A stretch of 32,000 nt of DNA from Alkanindiges illinoisensis DSM 15370 (GCF_000619845.1 NZ_JHUX01000011.1:1-32000), one strand, 5' to 3'; counted from the stretch's first letter, positions 19,174 to 27,999 are shown. A program made the numbers and translations. Notes: generated by a model not told the origin, from the letters alone.

Positions 19174-19392
19174 TGTTCTACCTTAACGCGCATAAATATT
19201 AGAGCACCCATCTGCATACTATCAGCATGCAAATCAAGCCATTCAATGGCTATGGATACTCACGTTATTGTTAATTACCTTAACACGCCCAACCCGGCCT
19301 ATAAAAAGCCGCTTGGTTTTAATATGTAGCAGTACAAAGACCACCTATAAAGCCCAATAAACCTTGCTGTTTTTGGTGTGGTTACCTCAATG

Positions 19393-20219
19393 TTATTCTT
19401 GTGCGTGTAGTAACTGCGAAAATAACTGATTTAAGCGGGCAAGTGCGATAGGTTCCATATCCTGTGCCGGCATCACCTGCTGTAACCGCGCCAATTCGGC
19501 CTTAATCCATTGCTGTAACACGGGAATCGCTGGCTGTACTTCAGCCTCACCATGCTGGCGCTTTTGTACCAGTAAGGCATCAATCGCCTGTTGCACGGAA
19601 GTCTCATTTAATACCTGACGCAGCCGTTCAAACTCAATCGGTGCAACGCCGCCAAACTGTTCAATCCAGCGTACTGCCAGCAGCGGACGCAGTACATATA
19701 AGTATTTTTTCAGCCTGACCTGCTCTCCTTGCAAGAATTGTTGAAAATTGAAACTGGCAGTGCTGCGATAATGATAAAACCCACGTGCCTTATTGTAGTG
19801 CTGTGCAAGCAACTGTCGCGCCTGAACTGCATAACTACCCTGCTCACGATAAATAATGGGTGAATTTAACCATTCCACAATGGCCGGATTGCTTTTGGCT
19901 TGTAAGCGCAGTGCCTTACGCAAATCCCAACCATTGATATCGATTTCGTCAACAATAGGATATTCAATCACATCGCGGCGATCTTCCACATGAGCGATAT
20001 ATCGCGTAAGTCAAATACCAGTCCTGTGAGCAGAGATAAACAAAACGTACGTCCCTTTTACCAATAAAGTGTGCTATCAGGCGAATGAAAGCCTCAGGCA
20101 CGGCTACCTGATTCAATGGCATACAGAATTTTGACCTCATGTTTCTATTCAGCACGCAAAAGCCGCTGTTGAATTTCTTGATGCGCTGCTGCTGAGATGA
20201 CAGGATGAAAATCTGTCAT
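19393..20219 (-). pseudogene. Decayed nucleotidyltransferase gene (PF10127-like), with 2 in-frame stops and at least 2 frameshifts
   Basis: From the ATG at 20219 the minus strand reads MTDFHPVISAAAHQEIQQRLLRAE, TAG (20147-20145), KHEVKILYAIESGSRA, TGA (20096-20094) at the Trp of the GSRAWGF motif, then GFHSPDS. DVRFVY..QDWYL continues in a second frame. IAHVEDRRDVIEYPIVDEIDINGWDLRKAL... continues to 19393 in a third frame. Confidence 0.7.
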
Positions 20220-20242
20220 GTGTTATCCCAAACAATGATTAA

Positions 20243-20581
20243 AATAAATTCAAAATAAAATATTTAAATTTAAACCAGAACTTTTGAATTCAAATTTTTT
20301 ATACCCAGACATAATTTTTGAATTCAAAAATTTAAATTCATTTTGTGGCAGCAACTTTAAATTCAAATTTTATAGTTTTAAATTCATAATTCTTGGCTAA
20401 AAGCCGATTTTTTAGTAATGCCCATAGGCTCACAGTATAAAAAAATGAATTCAAAAGTTTAAATTTAAAACTTTGAATTCATTTCTAGTTCCCGCTTTTT
20501 AGCTAGTCAGACTTATCCACAATCTGTTAATTTTAACAGCTTTAGAATTTGAATTTGAAAATAAGGACTTTTAAATTCAAA
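20243..20581. repeat. Array of at least 12 copies of the AT-rich 12-mer TTTRAATTYAWA in a gene-free gap
   Basis: Copies start at 20243, 20263, 20283, 20317, 20331, 20356, 20377, 20444, 20458, 20472 and 20570, plus an inverted copy at 20548. Two are exact TTTGAATTCAAA palindromes (20283, 20317). Tandem 14-bp phasing occurs at 20317/20331 and 20444/20458/20472. Confidence 0.85.
20513..20521 (+). promoter_or_regulatory. Perfect consensus DnaA box TTATCCACA
   Basis: Exact 9/9 match read from the sequence. Sits 28 bp after the third tandem 14-mer and is followed by the palindrome CTGTTAATTTTAACAG (20524-20539). Confidence 0.6.
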
Positions 20582-20607
20582 TAAAACCATGAAAAATATT
20601 ACTGACT

Positions 20608-20616
20608 TGTGGATAA
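20608..20616 (-). promoter_or_regulatory. Perfect consensus DnaA box (TGTGGATAA on the + strand), inverted relative to the first
   Basis: Exact 9/9 match. Centre-to-centre distance to the first box is 95 bp. Lies 29 nt upstream of the GFA-family gene ATG. Confidence 0.6.
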
Positions 20617-20644
20617 CTACTGATAATTGATCTAAGAGGGCACT

Positions 20645-21040
20645 ATGTATTCTGGAACCTGTTTGTGCGGTAGTGTGGCATATCAGATTCATGGCGAAAT
20701 TGGTGAGGTGGTGATTTGCCATTGCCAGCGTTGCCGCAAAGCCAATGGCAGTGCTTATGCGGTGAATGCCCCCATTAAATGTGCAGATTTTGAGTTAGTC
20801 AAAGGCGAAACCAGCTTAAAGGAATTTTGTTCAAGCCCCGGTGTACACCGGGTGTTTTGTGGCAATTGCGGTGCGCCGATTTATAGCAAGCGCGACAATG
20901 ACCCAGTACATTATCGCTTGCGCTTGGGCACACTAGACACACCACTCACCCATGGCCCAAGTATGCATATTTTTGCCGCATCCAAAGCCGAATGGAATGT
21001 AGTTTGCGATGGCTTGCCACAATATGCAGAACGGCCTTAA
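20645..21040 (+). CDS. GFA-family (CENP-V / glutathione-dependent formaldehyde-activating fold) zinc protein
   Basis: 131 aa with CLCGSV...CHCQRCRKANGSAY...FCGNCGAPI cysteine motifs typical of GFA. RBS-like AAGAGGG upstream. Confidence 0.85.
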   Translation: MYSGTCLCGSVAYQIHGEIGEVVICHCQRCRKANGSAYAVNAPIKCADFELVKGETSLKEFCSSPGVHRVFCGNCGAPIYSKRDNDPVHYRLRLGTLDTPLTHGPSMHIFAASKAEWNVVCDGLPQYAERP

Positions 21041-21086
21041 TGGCTTTCAAGTCTAGCGTTTAAAACTGGTTTTGATTAATTTTAGG

Positions 21087-21116
21087 CAAAAAAGAAGGTG
21101 GCAGGAGCCACCTTTG
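21087..21116 (-). terminator. Intrinsic terminator for purEK
   Basis: On the minus strand, AAGGTGGC - TCCT - GCCACCTT followed by CTTTTTT. About 125 nt downstream of the purK stop. Confidence 0.75.
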
Positions 21117-21239
21117 AAAGAGGGTTTGGTCGATGTGCCCCATCGAAAGGGTGTAACAAACTAAACTAGCCGTTCACGTTACCATTATAAAATGGTAAGA
21201 CACAAAAACCAAAAAAATTGTCTAACAAGACCGTGTTTT

Positions 21240-22415
21240 TTAGACCTCATCTGCCAGTGGAATCACCATATCTGCTGTGAGTGCCAATGGTTCTGGCAAC
21301 AGAGTAGCAAGTTGCTGACACAACTGACTTAACTGGCGGCTGTCTACGGGCATCAGGGTGATATGACCCAGCTTGCGCCCGGCACGCTCGGTTTTGCCAT
21401 AGAGATGCAAATGCGCACCTTCCAGCGCCAGAATGTCGGTGCTGCTAGGATGCTGGCCAATAATATTAACCATCACGGTGGGCTTCACCAATGCCGTTGA
21501 ACCCAGCGGCAAGCCTGCAACCGCACGCATGTGGTTTTCAAACTGCGAACACACGGCACCTTCAATGCTCCAGTGCCCGGAATTATGCACCCGTGGTGCC
21601 ATTTCATTGGCAAACAGGCCCTGTTCAGTCACAAACAGTTCCAGCGTGAGCACGCCGACATAATTCAAATGATTCAGCAGGCGGGTAATATAATCAGTGG
21701 CAATCGGCTGCAAATCCTGACTGTGCGGCGCTGGCACAATCGAATGCGATAAAATGCCTTGATGGTGATGGTTTTCAGCCAGTGGCCAGGTGCGCACTTC
21801 ACCATCCTGCCCACGCACTGCAATAATCGACACTTCACGGCTAAAACGCACAAAGCTTTCGGCAATCAGTGGGGCAGCCTTGCCCAGCTCTGCCCAGGCC
21901 TGCTCAATTTGCATTGTTTCACGGATTACAAACTGGCCCTTACCGTCATAGCCACCAGTTGCGGTTTTTACCACCAAGGGCAAACCCTGTTGTGTGGCAG
22001 CGTGTTGCAGGTCGGCCAATGAATGGATGGCTGAATACGGTGCCACGGGAATGCCAAGCTGGTCAAACAGCGCCTTTTCTGACAACCGATGCTGGGCAAT
22101 GGCCAGAGCCTGTCGCGGTGGATACAGGGTTTTGTGCTGGGTTAGTGCATCGGCATCAGCCAGTGGCGTATTCTCAAACTCAAGGCTAAATACATCCGCA
22201 CTGTCCATAAAGGTTTGCAGGGCATTGGCTTGTGTGTTGTCAATTACCCGACCTAGCGCTGCTGACGGGCACTCGCTTCCAGCTTCATAAAAAGTACATT
22301 TTACCCCGAGCGGCAACGCAGCCTGTGCCAGCATTCGTCCCAACTGGCCGCCACCAAAAATACCCACTGTCTTGACCATCGGGGAGTTGCTGCCTAGATT
22401 TTTTATGGTTGCCAT
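21240..22415 (-). CDS. purK: N5-carboxyaminoimidazole ribonucleotide synthase
   Basis: ATP-grasp protein starting ..VGIFGGGQLGRMLA. Start placed at the ATG at 22415, 10 nt after the purE stop; the ORF track starts at 22505, inside purE. An alternative ATG is at 22379. Confidence 0.9.
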   Translation of the reverse strand: MATIKNLGSNSPMVKTVGIFGGGQLGRMLAQAALPLGVKCTFYEAGSECPSAALGRVIDNTQANALQTFMDSADVFSLEFENTPLADADALTQHKTLYPPRQALAIAQHRLSEKALFDQLGIPVAPYSAIHSLADLQHAATQQGLPLVVKTATGGYDGKGQFVIRETMQIEQAWAELGKAAPLIAESFVRFSREVSIIAVRGQDGEVRTWPLAENHHHQGILSHSIVPAPHSQDLQPIATDYITRLLNHLNYVGVLTLELFVTEQGLFANEMAPRVHNSGHWSIEGAVCSQFENHMRAVAGLPLGSTALVKPTVMVNIIGQHPSSTDILALEGAHLHLYGKTERAGRKLGHITLMPVDSRQLSQLCQQLATLLPEPLALTADMVIPLADEV

Positions 22416-22425
22416 GCTGTCAGCC

Positions 22426-22950
22426 TTATTGCGTTTGACCGGGAATATTGTTGCTGCTGACTTTCTCAGTTTGGGCCAGCCTGAACTGCTGTACCGCTTC
22501 AGCAATGGCCGGGTTGTTTAAGCCCAGAATCTGTGCGGCTAAAATGGCTGCATTGGTGGCACCAGCCTTGCCAATGGCCAGCGTTCCCACGGCAATGCCT
22601 GCCGGCATTTGTACAATAGACAATAGCGAATCCACGCCATTTAAAATGGATGACTGCACAGGCACGCCCAGCACTGGCAAATCGGTTTTGGCGGCACACA
22701 TGCCCGGTAAATGCGCTGCGCCACCTGCCCCGGCAATAATCACCTGAATGCCACGCGCACGTGCTGTTTCAGCATATTCAAACAAACGGTCCGGCGTACG
22801 GTGCGCGGACACCACTTCGGCTTCAAACGGCACATTGAGCTGCTTAAGCATGTTGGCAGTGTGTTCAAGCGTCGCCCAGTCAGACTGAGAGCCCATGATA
22901 ATTCCAACCAGCGGCGGGTTGGCAGGGTTAACGGACGAGTTCATAAGCAC
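22426..22950 (-). CDS. purE: N5-CAIR mutase (class I PurE)
   Basis: [11 protein letters not shown]...SAHRTPD...[14 protein letters not shown] motifs. Confidence 0.93.
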   Translation of the reverse strand: MLMNSSVNPANPPLVGIIMGSQSDWATLEHTANMLKQLNVPFEAEVVSAHRTPDRLFEYAETARARGIQVIIAGAGGAAHLPGMCAAKTDLPVLGVPVQSSILNGVDSLLSIVQMPAGIAVGTLAIGKAGATNAAILAAQILGLNNPAIAEAVQQFRLAQTEKVSSNNIPGQTQ

Positions 22951-23377
22951 GGCAATCCAGAGCGTTTGTTAAAAAAAAGACCGCATATTTTGCCTGAAAA
23001 AGCAGCAGCAGCCAAGAAAATTATCAGGTTTTAAGTGCAAATGCATGAAATAGCCGCCATTAGTGCCAGTTGTGAGCTGCTTCAGTTTATTAAATTGCCA
23101 GATTGCTTCACGAGTGGTTTGAAATTGCACAGATATGGGATAAAAATTAACTTATCAGCCAAAATAACGCACTGTATTTCAAATAATTACATAAGTGCCT
23201 CAGCCGGACTGCCAATCAGGGTAGTTCTACACGCTTTCTGCAAACTGTAGAGACGCCCAGCCGTTATGATGGCTACATCGCGTGATCAAACAGGTTGGTG
23301 GTGTGCAAAACCATACGATAACTGCTCCAGAGCTGATCACGTAAAGCCCTCTCAAGCCATAAATTCAGGAATGAACC

Positions 23378-23767
23378 ATGAAAACGTTATTAAAAACCTT
23401 ATCGGTAGCAATCTTAAGCGGTGGCATTGCCGTATCTGCCTTCGCTGCCAGCACCACACCAGCGAATGCTGACAAAGCACAACAGCGTACCGAACATATG
23501 GCCAAAATGCAGGCTCAGCAGGCCGCACTGTTCCAGCAGGCTGATGCCAATAAAGATGGCAAGCTGTCCAGCACCGAATTTGCTCGGTTTAATGAACTGA
23601 AAAAAGCCGCGTGGGAAGCCCACAAGCAAGAATTTGAAAAGAACCGCTTTGCCCGTCTGGACAGCAACAAGGATGGCAGCCTGAGCATGGATGAATTAAA
23701 AACCGCGCAGGCCAAACGTGCCAGTTTCAAGCATCATCGTGGGAATGCAATGAAACCTGCTTTGTAA
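23378..23767 (+). CDS. Secreted EF-hand calcium-binding protein
   Basis: Signal peptide, then two canonical EF-hand loops: DANKDGKLSSTEF and DSNKDGSLSMDEL. Confidence 0.8.
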   Translation: MKTLLKTLSVAILSGGIAVSAFAASTTPANADKAQQRTEHMAKMQAQQAALFQQADANKDGKLSSTEFARFNELKKAAWEAHKQEFEKNRFARLDSNKDGSLSMDELKTAQAKRASFKHHRGNAMKPAL

Positions 23768-23785
23768 GAAAAAAATAAGCTTACA

Positions 23786-23815
23786 AAAGCGTGATTCTAT
23801 ATAGAATCACGCTTT
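23786..23815 (+). terminator. 30-bp perfect palindrome, likely an intrinsic terminator
   Basis: AAAGCGTGATTCTAT|ATAGAATCACGCTTT followed by ATTATT. Confidence 0.65.
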
Positions 23816-23886
23816 ATTATTCCCTCCAACTAAGCTTATGAAATATAATACTAAAAATTAATTTCAGGGGGAGTTTTACTATTGAA

Positions 23887-24273
23887 TCATTGTAACTTAA
23901 TAGGCATTTTTTCAACTTGAATGGCTTTTAGAAAAGTTTCTCCATCTTCTTTTAAAAAGGGGAAAATATAATCAACACATAATTTTTGACCCGGTTTTAA
24001 ATCTGTTTCGATATAACTTATTTTTTTATGAAATCGCCCATGAAACATGAATTCCAGATTTTTATTACTATAAGTTTTCATGTGAATATAAGTAGTAAAT
24101 TTAATATGTCCTTTAGATTCATCCCTGACTTCATATCTTTCAAAATAGCCACATTCATGCTTAGTTTCAGCATTATTTAATTGATATTTAGTGACTTGAT
24201 AAGTGATGAACTTCCATGTTCCTATCCCAACAATCATTACTATCAAAACAATACCTACAAATTTTTTATCCAT
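23887..24273 (-). CDS. Hypothetical N-terminally membrane-anchored protein on a low-GC islet
   Basis: 128-aa ORF with AAGGA 6 nt upstream of the ATG. One N-terminal TM helix (FVGIVLIVMIVGIGTW). A sampled line has 17 G+C of 60. No family recognised. Confidence 0.5.
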   Translation of the reverse strand: MDKKFVGIVLIVMIVGIGTWKFITYQVTKYQLNNAETKHECGYFERYEVRDESKGHIKFTTYIHMKTYSNKNLEFMFHGRFHKKISYIETDLKPGQKLCVDYIFPFLKEDGETFLKAIQVEKMPIKLQ

Positions 24274-24332
24274 AAAATATCCTTATTATTCAATTATTAA
24301 CTTTGAATTATATAGATTTAAACTAAATCTAA

Positions 24333-24692
24333 TTAAGCACTCATCAGCTGACTTCTAAACACAAAAAAAACTGCCCCTAACAAACATAAACCTGCCCACA
24401 GATAATCCAGCTTAAATGGCTGTTTAAACAGCCACAGCATAAACGGCACAAACACCAGCAGGGTAATCACTTCCTGCGTGATTTTCATTTGACCCAGGCT
24501 CCAGCCCTGTTCATTTAAAAACCGGTTGGCCGGCACCATAAAGGCATATTCCAGCAAGGCAATCAGCCAGCCGCACAGAATAGCCTGCCACATGGGCGCG
24601 TGATGTAAAAACTTCAGGTGACCATACCAGGCCAACGTCATAAAACAGTTGGACACCACCAGCAAACACAGCGGAAACCATAAATTTGTCAT
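24333..24692 (-). CDS. DUF486 / DMT-superfamily small membrane protein
   Basis: Start set at MTNLWFPLCLLVVSNCFMTLAWYGHLKF, which matches the usual DUF486 N-terminus; the ORF track starts at 24728. Confidence 0.75.
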   Translation of the reverse strand: MTNLWFPLCLLVVSNCFMTLAWYGHLKFLHHAPMWQAILCGWLIALLEYAFMVPANRFLNEQGWSLGQMKITQEVITLLVFVPFMLWLFKQPFKLDYLWAGLCLLGAVFFVFRSQLMSA

Positions 24693-24874
24693 GGATTTTC
24701 TCAAATAGTGCCATGCATTCCTGCTCAATGCAGCGACTGCAATACAGCAGTAAAAGACAGGGCTAACAGTATCTTTTTAGCCTAAGCCTTGCTATCGTTC
24801 TTGGCAATTTTTAGCAGGCCCATTTTTTAGGCACTCGCCTGCACGCACTGGTTCTGGCATGGAGAAATACAGCA

Positions 24875-26269
24875 ATGCATCTGCATATTTTGGGGATTTG
24901 TGGCACGTTTATGGGTTCACTGGCGCTGCTGGCCCGCGAACTGGGTCACACCGTCACCGGATCAGACCAGAATGTTTACCCGCCAATGTCTACCCAGCTG
25001 GAAGCTGCTGGCATTGCGCTAATGCAGGGCTATAGCGCCAGTCATTTACAGCCGCATCCCGATCTGGTGATTGTGGGAAATGCCATGAAGCGCGGCATTG
25101 AGGCCGTAGAATACATGCTGAATGCGGGCCTGCCTTATACCTCTGGCCCACAGTTTTTATCGGATTATGTGCTGCGTGGCCGTCATGTGCTGGCCGTGGC
25201 CGGAACGCATGGCAAAACCACCACCACCACCATGCTGGCATGGATTCTGGATCAGGCAGGTTTAAATCCGGGCTTTTTGATTGGTGGCGTACCGTTGTGC
25301 TTTAGCCACAGTGCGCGTCTTGGTGGTGAGGTAAACGCTGAGAAAAACTACTTTGTGGTGGAAGCCGATGAATATGATTCGGCGTTTTTTGACAAGCGTT
25401 CCAAGTTTGTGCATTACCAGCCACGCACCGCCATTTTAAACAACCTTGAATTTGATCATGCTGATATTTTTGATGATCTGGCCGCCATTCAAAAGCAGTT
25501 TCATCATCTGGTACGCACGATTCCCAGCCAAGGCCAGATTATTGCCCCGATCACTGAACGCTATATTGACGAAGTACTGGACATGGGCTGCTGGACGCCA
25601 GTACAGCGCACTGCCATTGTTAGCAATGACAGCAACAGTACAGCAACAGACTGGCAAGCTGAGCTAATCAGCGCCGATGGCAGCCAGTTTAAGGTGATTC
25701 ATCAGGGTATCGACGCAGGTCACGTGAACTGGAGCATGAGCGGCCAGCATAATGTGTCCAATGGCTTGGCCGCCATTGCAGCAGCCTATCATGTTGGGGT
25801 TAGCCCACAGGTCGCCTGTGATGCATTGTCAAATTTTGCAGGTATCAAGCGCCGGATGGAGCTGCTAGCGACCATTGATGGCATTGAGGTCTATGATGAC
25901 TTTGCCCATCATCCGACTGCCATTGAAACCACGCTGGATGGCGCACGCAAAAAAATTGGCCAGCGCAAACTGTGGGCCATTATCGAGCCGCGTTCCAACA
26001 CCATGCGCATGGGCAGCCACAAGGATAATCTGGCACATTCTGCCCGCATGGCCGATGAAGTGATCTGGTATCAGCCAGAAGGACTGGACTGGGATTTATC
26101 CCCAGTGATTGCTGCATCATCCAATTCAGCCACCATTTCCCAGCAACTGGAGCAAATTATTGGCCGTATTCAGCAAGAAGCGCAGTCTGGCGATGCCGTG
26201 GTGATTATGTCGAATGGCGGTTTTGGTGGCCTGCACCAGAAAATTATTGCTGCACTAAAGACCAGATAA
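24875..26269 (+). CDS. mpl: UDP-N-acetylmuramate:L-alanyl-gamma-D-glutamyl-meso-diaminopimelate ligase
   Basis: MHLHILGICGTFMGSLA... and GTHGKTTTT P-loop. Mur-ligase architecture with the Mpl-specific N-terminus. Confidence 0.9.
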   Translation: MHLHILGICGTFMGSLALLARELGHTVTGSDQNVYPPMSTQLEAAGIALMQGYSASHLQPHPDLVIVGNAMKRGIEAVEYMLNAGLPYTSGPQFLSDYVLRGRHVLAVAGTHGKTTTTTMLAWILDQAGLNPGFLIGGVPLCFSHSARLGGEVNAEKNYFVVEADEYDSAFFDKRSKFVHYQPRTAILNNLEFDHADIFDDLAAIQKQFHHLVRTIPSQGQIIAPITERYIDEVLDMGCWTPVQRTAIVSNDSNSTATDWQAELISADGSQFKVIHQGIDAGHVNWSMSGQHNVSNGLAAIAAAYHVGVSPQVACDALSNFAGIKRRMELLATIDGIEVYDDFAHHPTAIETTLDGARKKIGQRKLWAIIEPRSNTMRMGSHKDNLAHSARMADEVIWYQPEGLDWDLSPVIAASSNSATISQQLEQIIGRIQQEAQSGDAVVIMSNGGFGGLHQKIIAALKTR

Positions 26270-26285
26270 GTCATTATTACCCCAT

Positions 26286-26326
26286 AAAAAAGCCAGCCAT
26301 TGCTTGATGACGGCTGGCTTTTTTTA
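26286..26326 (+). terminator. Intrinsic terminator after mpl
   Basis: AAGCCAGCC - 13-nt loop - GGCTGGCTT followed by TTTTT. Confidence 0.85.
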
Positions 26327-26582
26327 TGATTATTGATATGCCAAGTCGCTATTGCTGGGGATATCGCTAGGGATGTTTCTTACTACCTAATCACACTGCT
26401 CTCAGCAAAATGCGCAACTTGCTGACTGGTTAAGCCAGCTTTTTCCCGCGCAAAACAGTGATGCGGACGTGTATCATTGGCATGGTTTAACCAAAAAAAC
26501 CGGCATTGATTGGTGCAGGGTGAACCATCAGAAATTGTATTTGTCAGAACATCGGCGCGATGGCGCTGCGAAGAGGAACTTT

Positions 26583-27929
26583 ATGACTGCCCCTCACTCC
26601 AACCCACGCGGGCTTGATGGCTTTTTTGGCATCAGTGCACGCGGCAGCAATGTCCGGCAGGAAATTATTGCTGGTCTTACCACCTTTCTGGCCATGGTGT
26701 ACTCGGTCATTGTGGTGCCAGGCATGCTGGCCAAGGCCGGTTTTCCGCCGGAACTGGTGTTTGTTGCCACTTGTCTGGTTGCTGGTTTTGGCTCCCTGCT
26801 GATTGGCTTTTGGGCCAATGTGCCGATGGCAATTGGCTGCGCCATTTCACTCACCGCATTTACTGCTTTTAGTCTGGTGCTGGGCCAGCAGGTGAGTATT
26901 CCAGTGGCGCTGGGTGCGGTATTTTTAATGGGTATTTTGTTTACCCTGATTTCAGTGACGGGTATTCGCACCTGGATTTTAAAAAATCTGCCAATGGATA
27001 TTGCCCATGGTATTGGCGTGGGCATTGGCCTGTTTTTGTTTTTAATTGCAGCCAGCGGTGTTGGCTTGATTATCAAGAATCCCAATGAAGGCCTGCCAAT
27101 TAGTCTGGGCCAGTTGACCTCGTTTCCTGTGCTCATGGCGCTGTTGGGGCTTGCTGTCACCATCGGCCTTGAGCGCCTGAAAGTCCCGGGCGCAATTTTG
27201 CTGGTGATCATTGCCATTTCCATTTTAGGCCTGATTTTTGATCCAGCGGTGAAGTTTCAGGGCCTGTTTGCCATGCCCAGCCTGACCGACACTACGGGTC
27301 ATTCACTGCTGTTTAGTCTGGATATTGTGGGCGCACTGGACCCAAAAATTCTGCCCACAGTGTTTGCACTGGTGATGACGGCCATTTTTGATGCCACGGG
27401 CACCATTCGTGCGGTGGCAGGGCAAGCCAACCTGATTGATCAGGACGGGCAAATTATTAATGGCAAGCGTGCGCTGACCTCAGATTCCGTGAGCAGCATT
27501 GCCTCTGGTTTACTCGGTACAGCCCCTGCTGCCGTGTATATTGAATCTGCTGCTGGCACTGCCGCAGGGGGCAAAACCGGCCTGACTGCCATTGTGGTAG
27601 GCCTGTTGTTCCTGCTGATCCTGTTTTTATCGCCACTGGCCTATCTGGTGCCTGAATACGCCACCGCACCTGCGCTCATGTATGTAGGTCTGCTGATGCT
27701 CAGCAACGTGAGCAAGATCAATTTTGCCGACTTTGTTGGGGCCATGTCCGGCCTGATTTGTGCAGTGTTTATCGTGCTCACCTGCAATATTGTGACTGGC
27801 ATCATGCTGGGCTTTAGTGCGCTGGTGATTGGTCGCCTGTTTGCTGGCGAATGGCGCAAGCTGAATATCGGCACCGTCACCATTGCCATTATCCTGGCCG
27901 CGTTTTATATCGGTGGCTGGGCAATTTAA
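26583..27929 (+). CDS. NCS2/AzgA-family purine (adenine/hypoxanthine/guanine) permease
   Basis: N-terminus ..[30 protein letters not shown] is typical of AzgA-type permeases. Start set at the ATG preceded by AAGAGGA; the ORF track starts at 26469. Confidence 0.88.
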   Translation: MTAPHSNPRGLDGFFGISARGSNVRQEIIAGLTTFLAMVYSVIVVPGMLAKAGFPPELVFVATCLVAGFGSLLIGFWANVPMAIGCAISLTAFTAFSLVLGQQVSIPVALGAVFLMGILFTLISVTGIRTWILKNLPMDIAHGIGVGIGLFLFLIAASGVGLIIKNPNEGLPISLGQLTSFPVLMALLGLAVTIGLERLKVPGAILLVIIAISILGLIFDPAVKFQGLFAMPSLTDTTGHSLLFSLDIVGALDPKILPTVFALVMTAIFDATGTIRAVAGQANLIDQDGQIINGKRALTSDSVSSIASGLLGTAPAAVYIESAAGTAAGGKTGLTAIVVGLLFLLILFLSPLAYLVPEYATAPALMYVGLLMLSNVSKINFADFVGAMSGLICAVFIVLTCNIVTGIMLGFSALVIGRLFAGEWRKLNIGTVTIAIILAAFYIGGWAI

Positions 27930-27951
27930 TTATCTGGCCTGTCCCTGTTCC

Positions 27952-27999
27952 ACCGTGCGTTAAATTTGCCAATCGGTAATTTTGGCGCACGGTTTTTTA
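27952..27999 (+). terminator. Probable intrinsic terminator after the permease gene
   Basis: ACCGTGCG ... CGCACGGT followed by TTTTTT. The loop is unusually long at 26 nt. Confidence 0.55.

Noticed and set aside
20243-20581. Possible CRISPR array, given the many short repeats.
   Set aside because: Repeat units are only 12-14 bp, imperfect, extremely AT-rich and separated by 2-22 bp. That is far from the 24-48 bp repeats and 26-70 bp unique spacers of CRISPR, and no cas genes are present.
20589-20630. 13-codon ORF (MKNITDLWITTDN) spanning the second DnaA box, considered as a possible leader peptide.
   Set aside because: No RBS, no attenuator-like structure and no regulatory codon run. It is most likely fortuitous.
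22951-23377. A 427-bp purE / EF-hand divergent spacer with a 71-aa ORF (23035-23250) and an 8-bp inverted repeat CGTGATCA...TGATCACG (23281-23341). I considered a ZTP or other riboswitch, or a small gene.
   Set aside because: No ZTP/pfl consensus was seen. The ORF has no RBS and an implausible composition. An 8-bp stem enclosing 45 nt cannot be distinguished from chance without covariation data.
26330-26582. Possible purine riboswitch or leader upstream of the NCS2 purine permease; also the in-frame 38-codon N-terminal extension from 26469.
   Set aside because: I could not find the conserved purine-riboswitch junction sequences or its three-helix arrangement. The extension lacks an RBS, whereas the ATG at 26583 has AAGAGGA and reproduces the family N-terminus.
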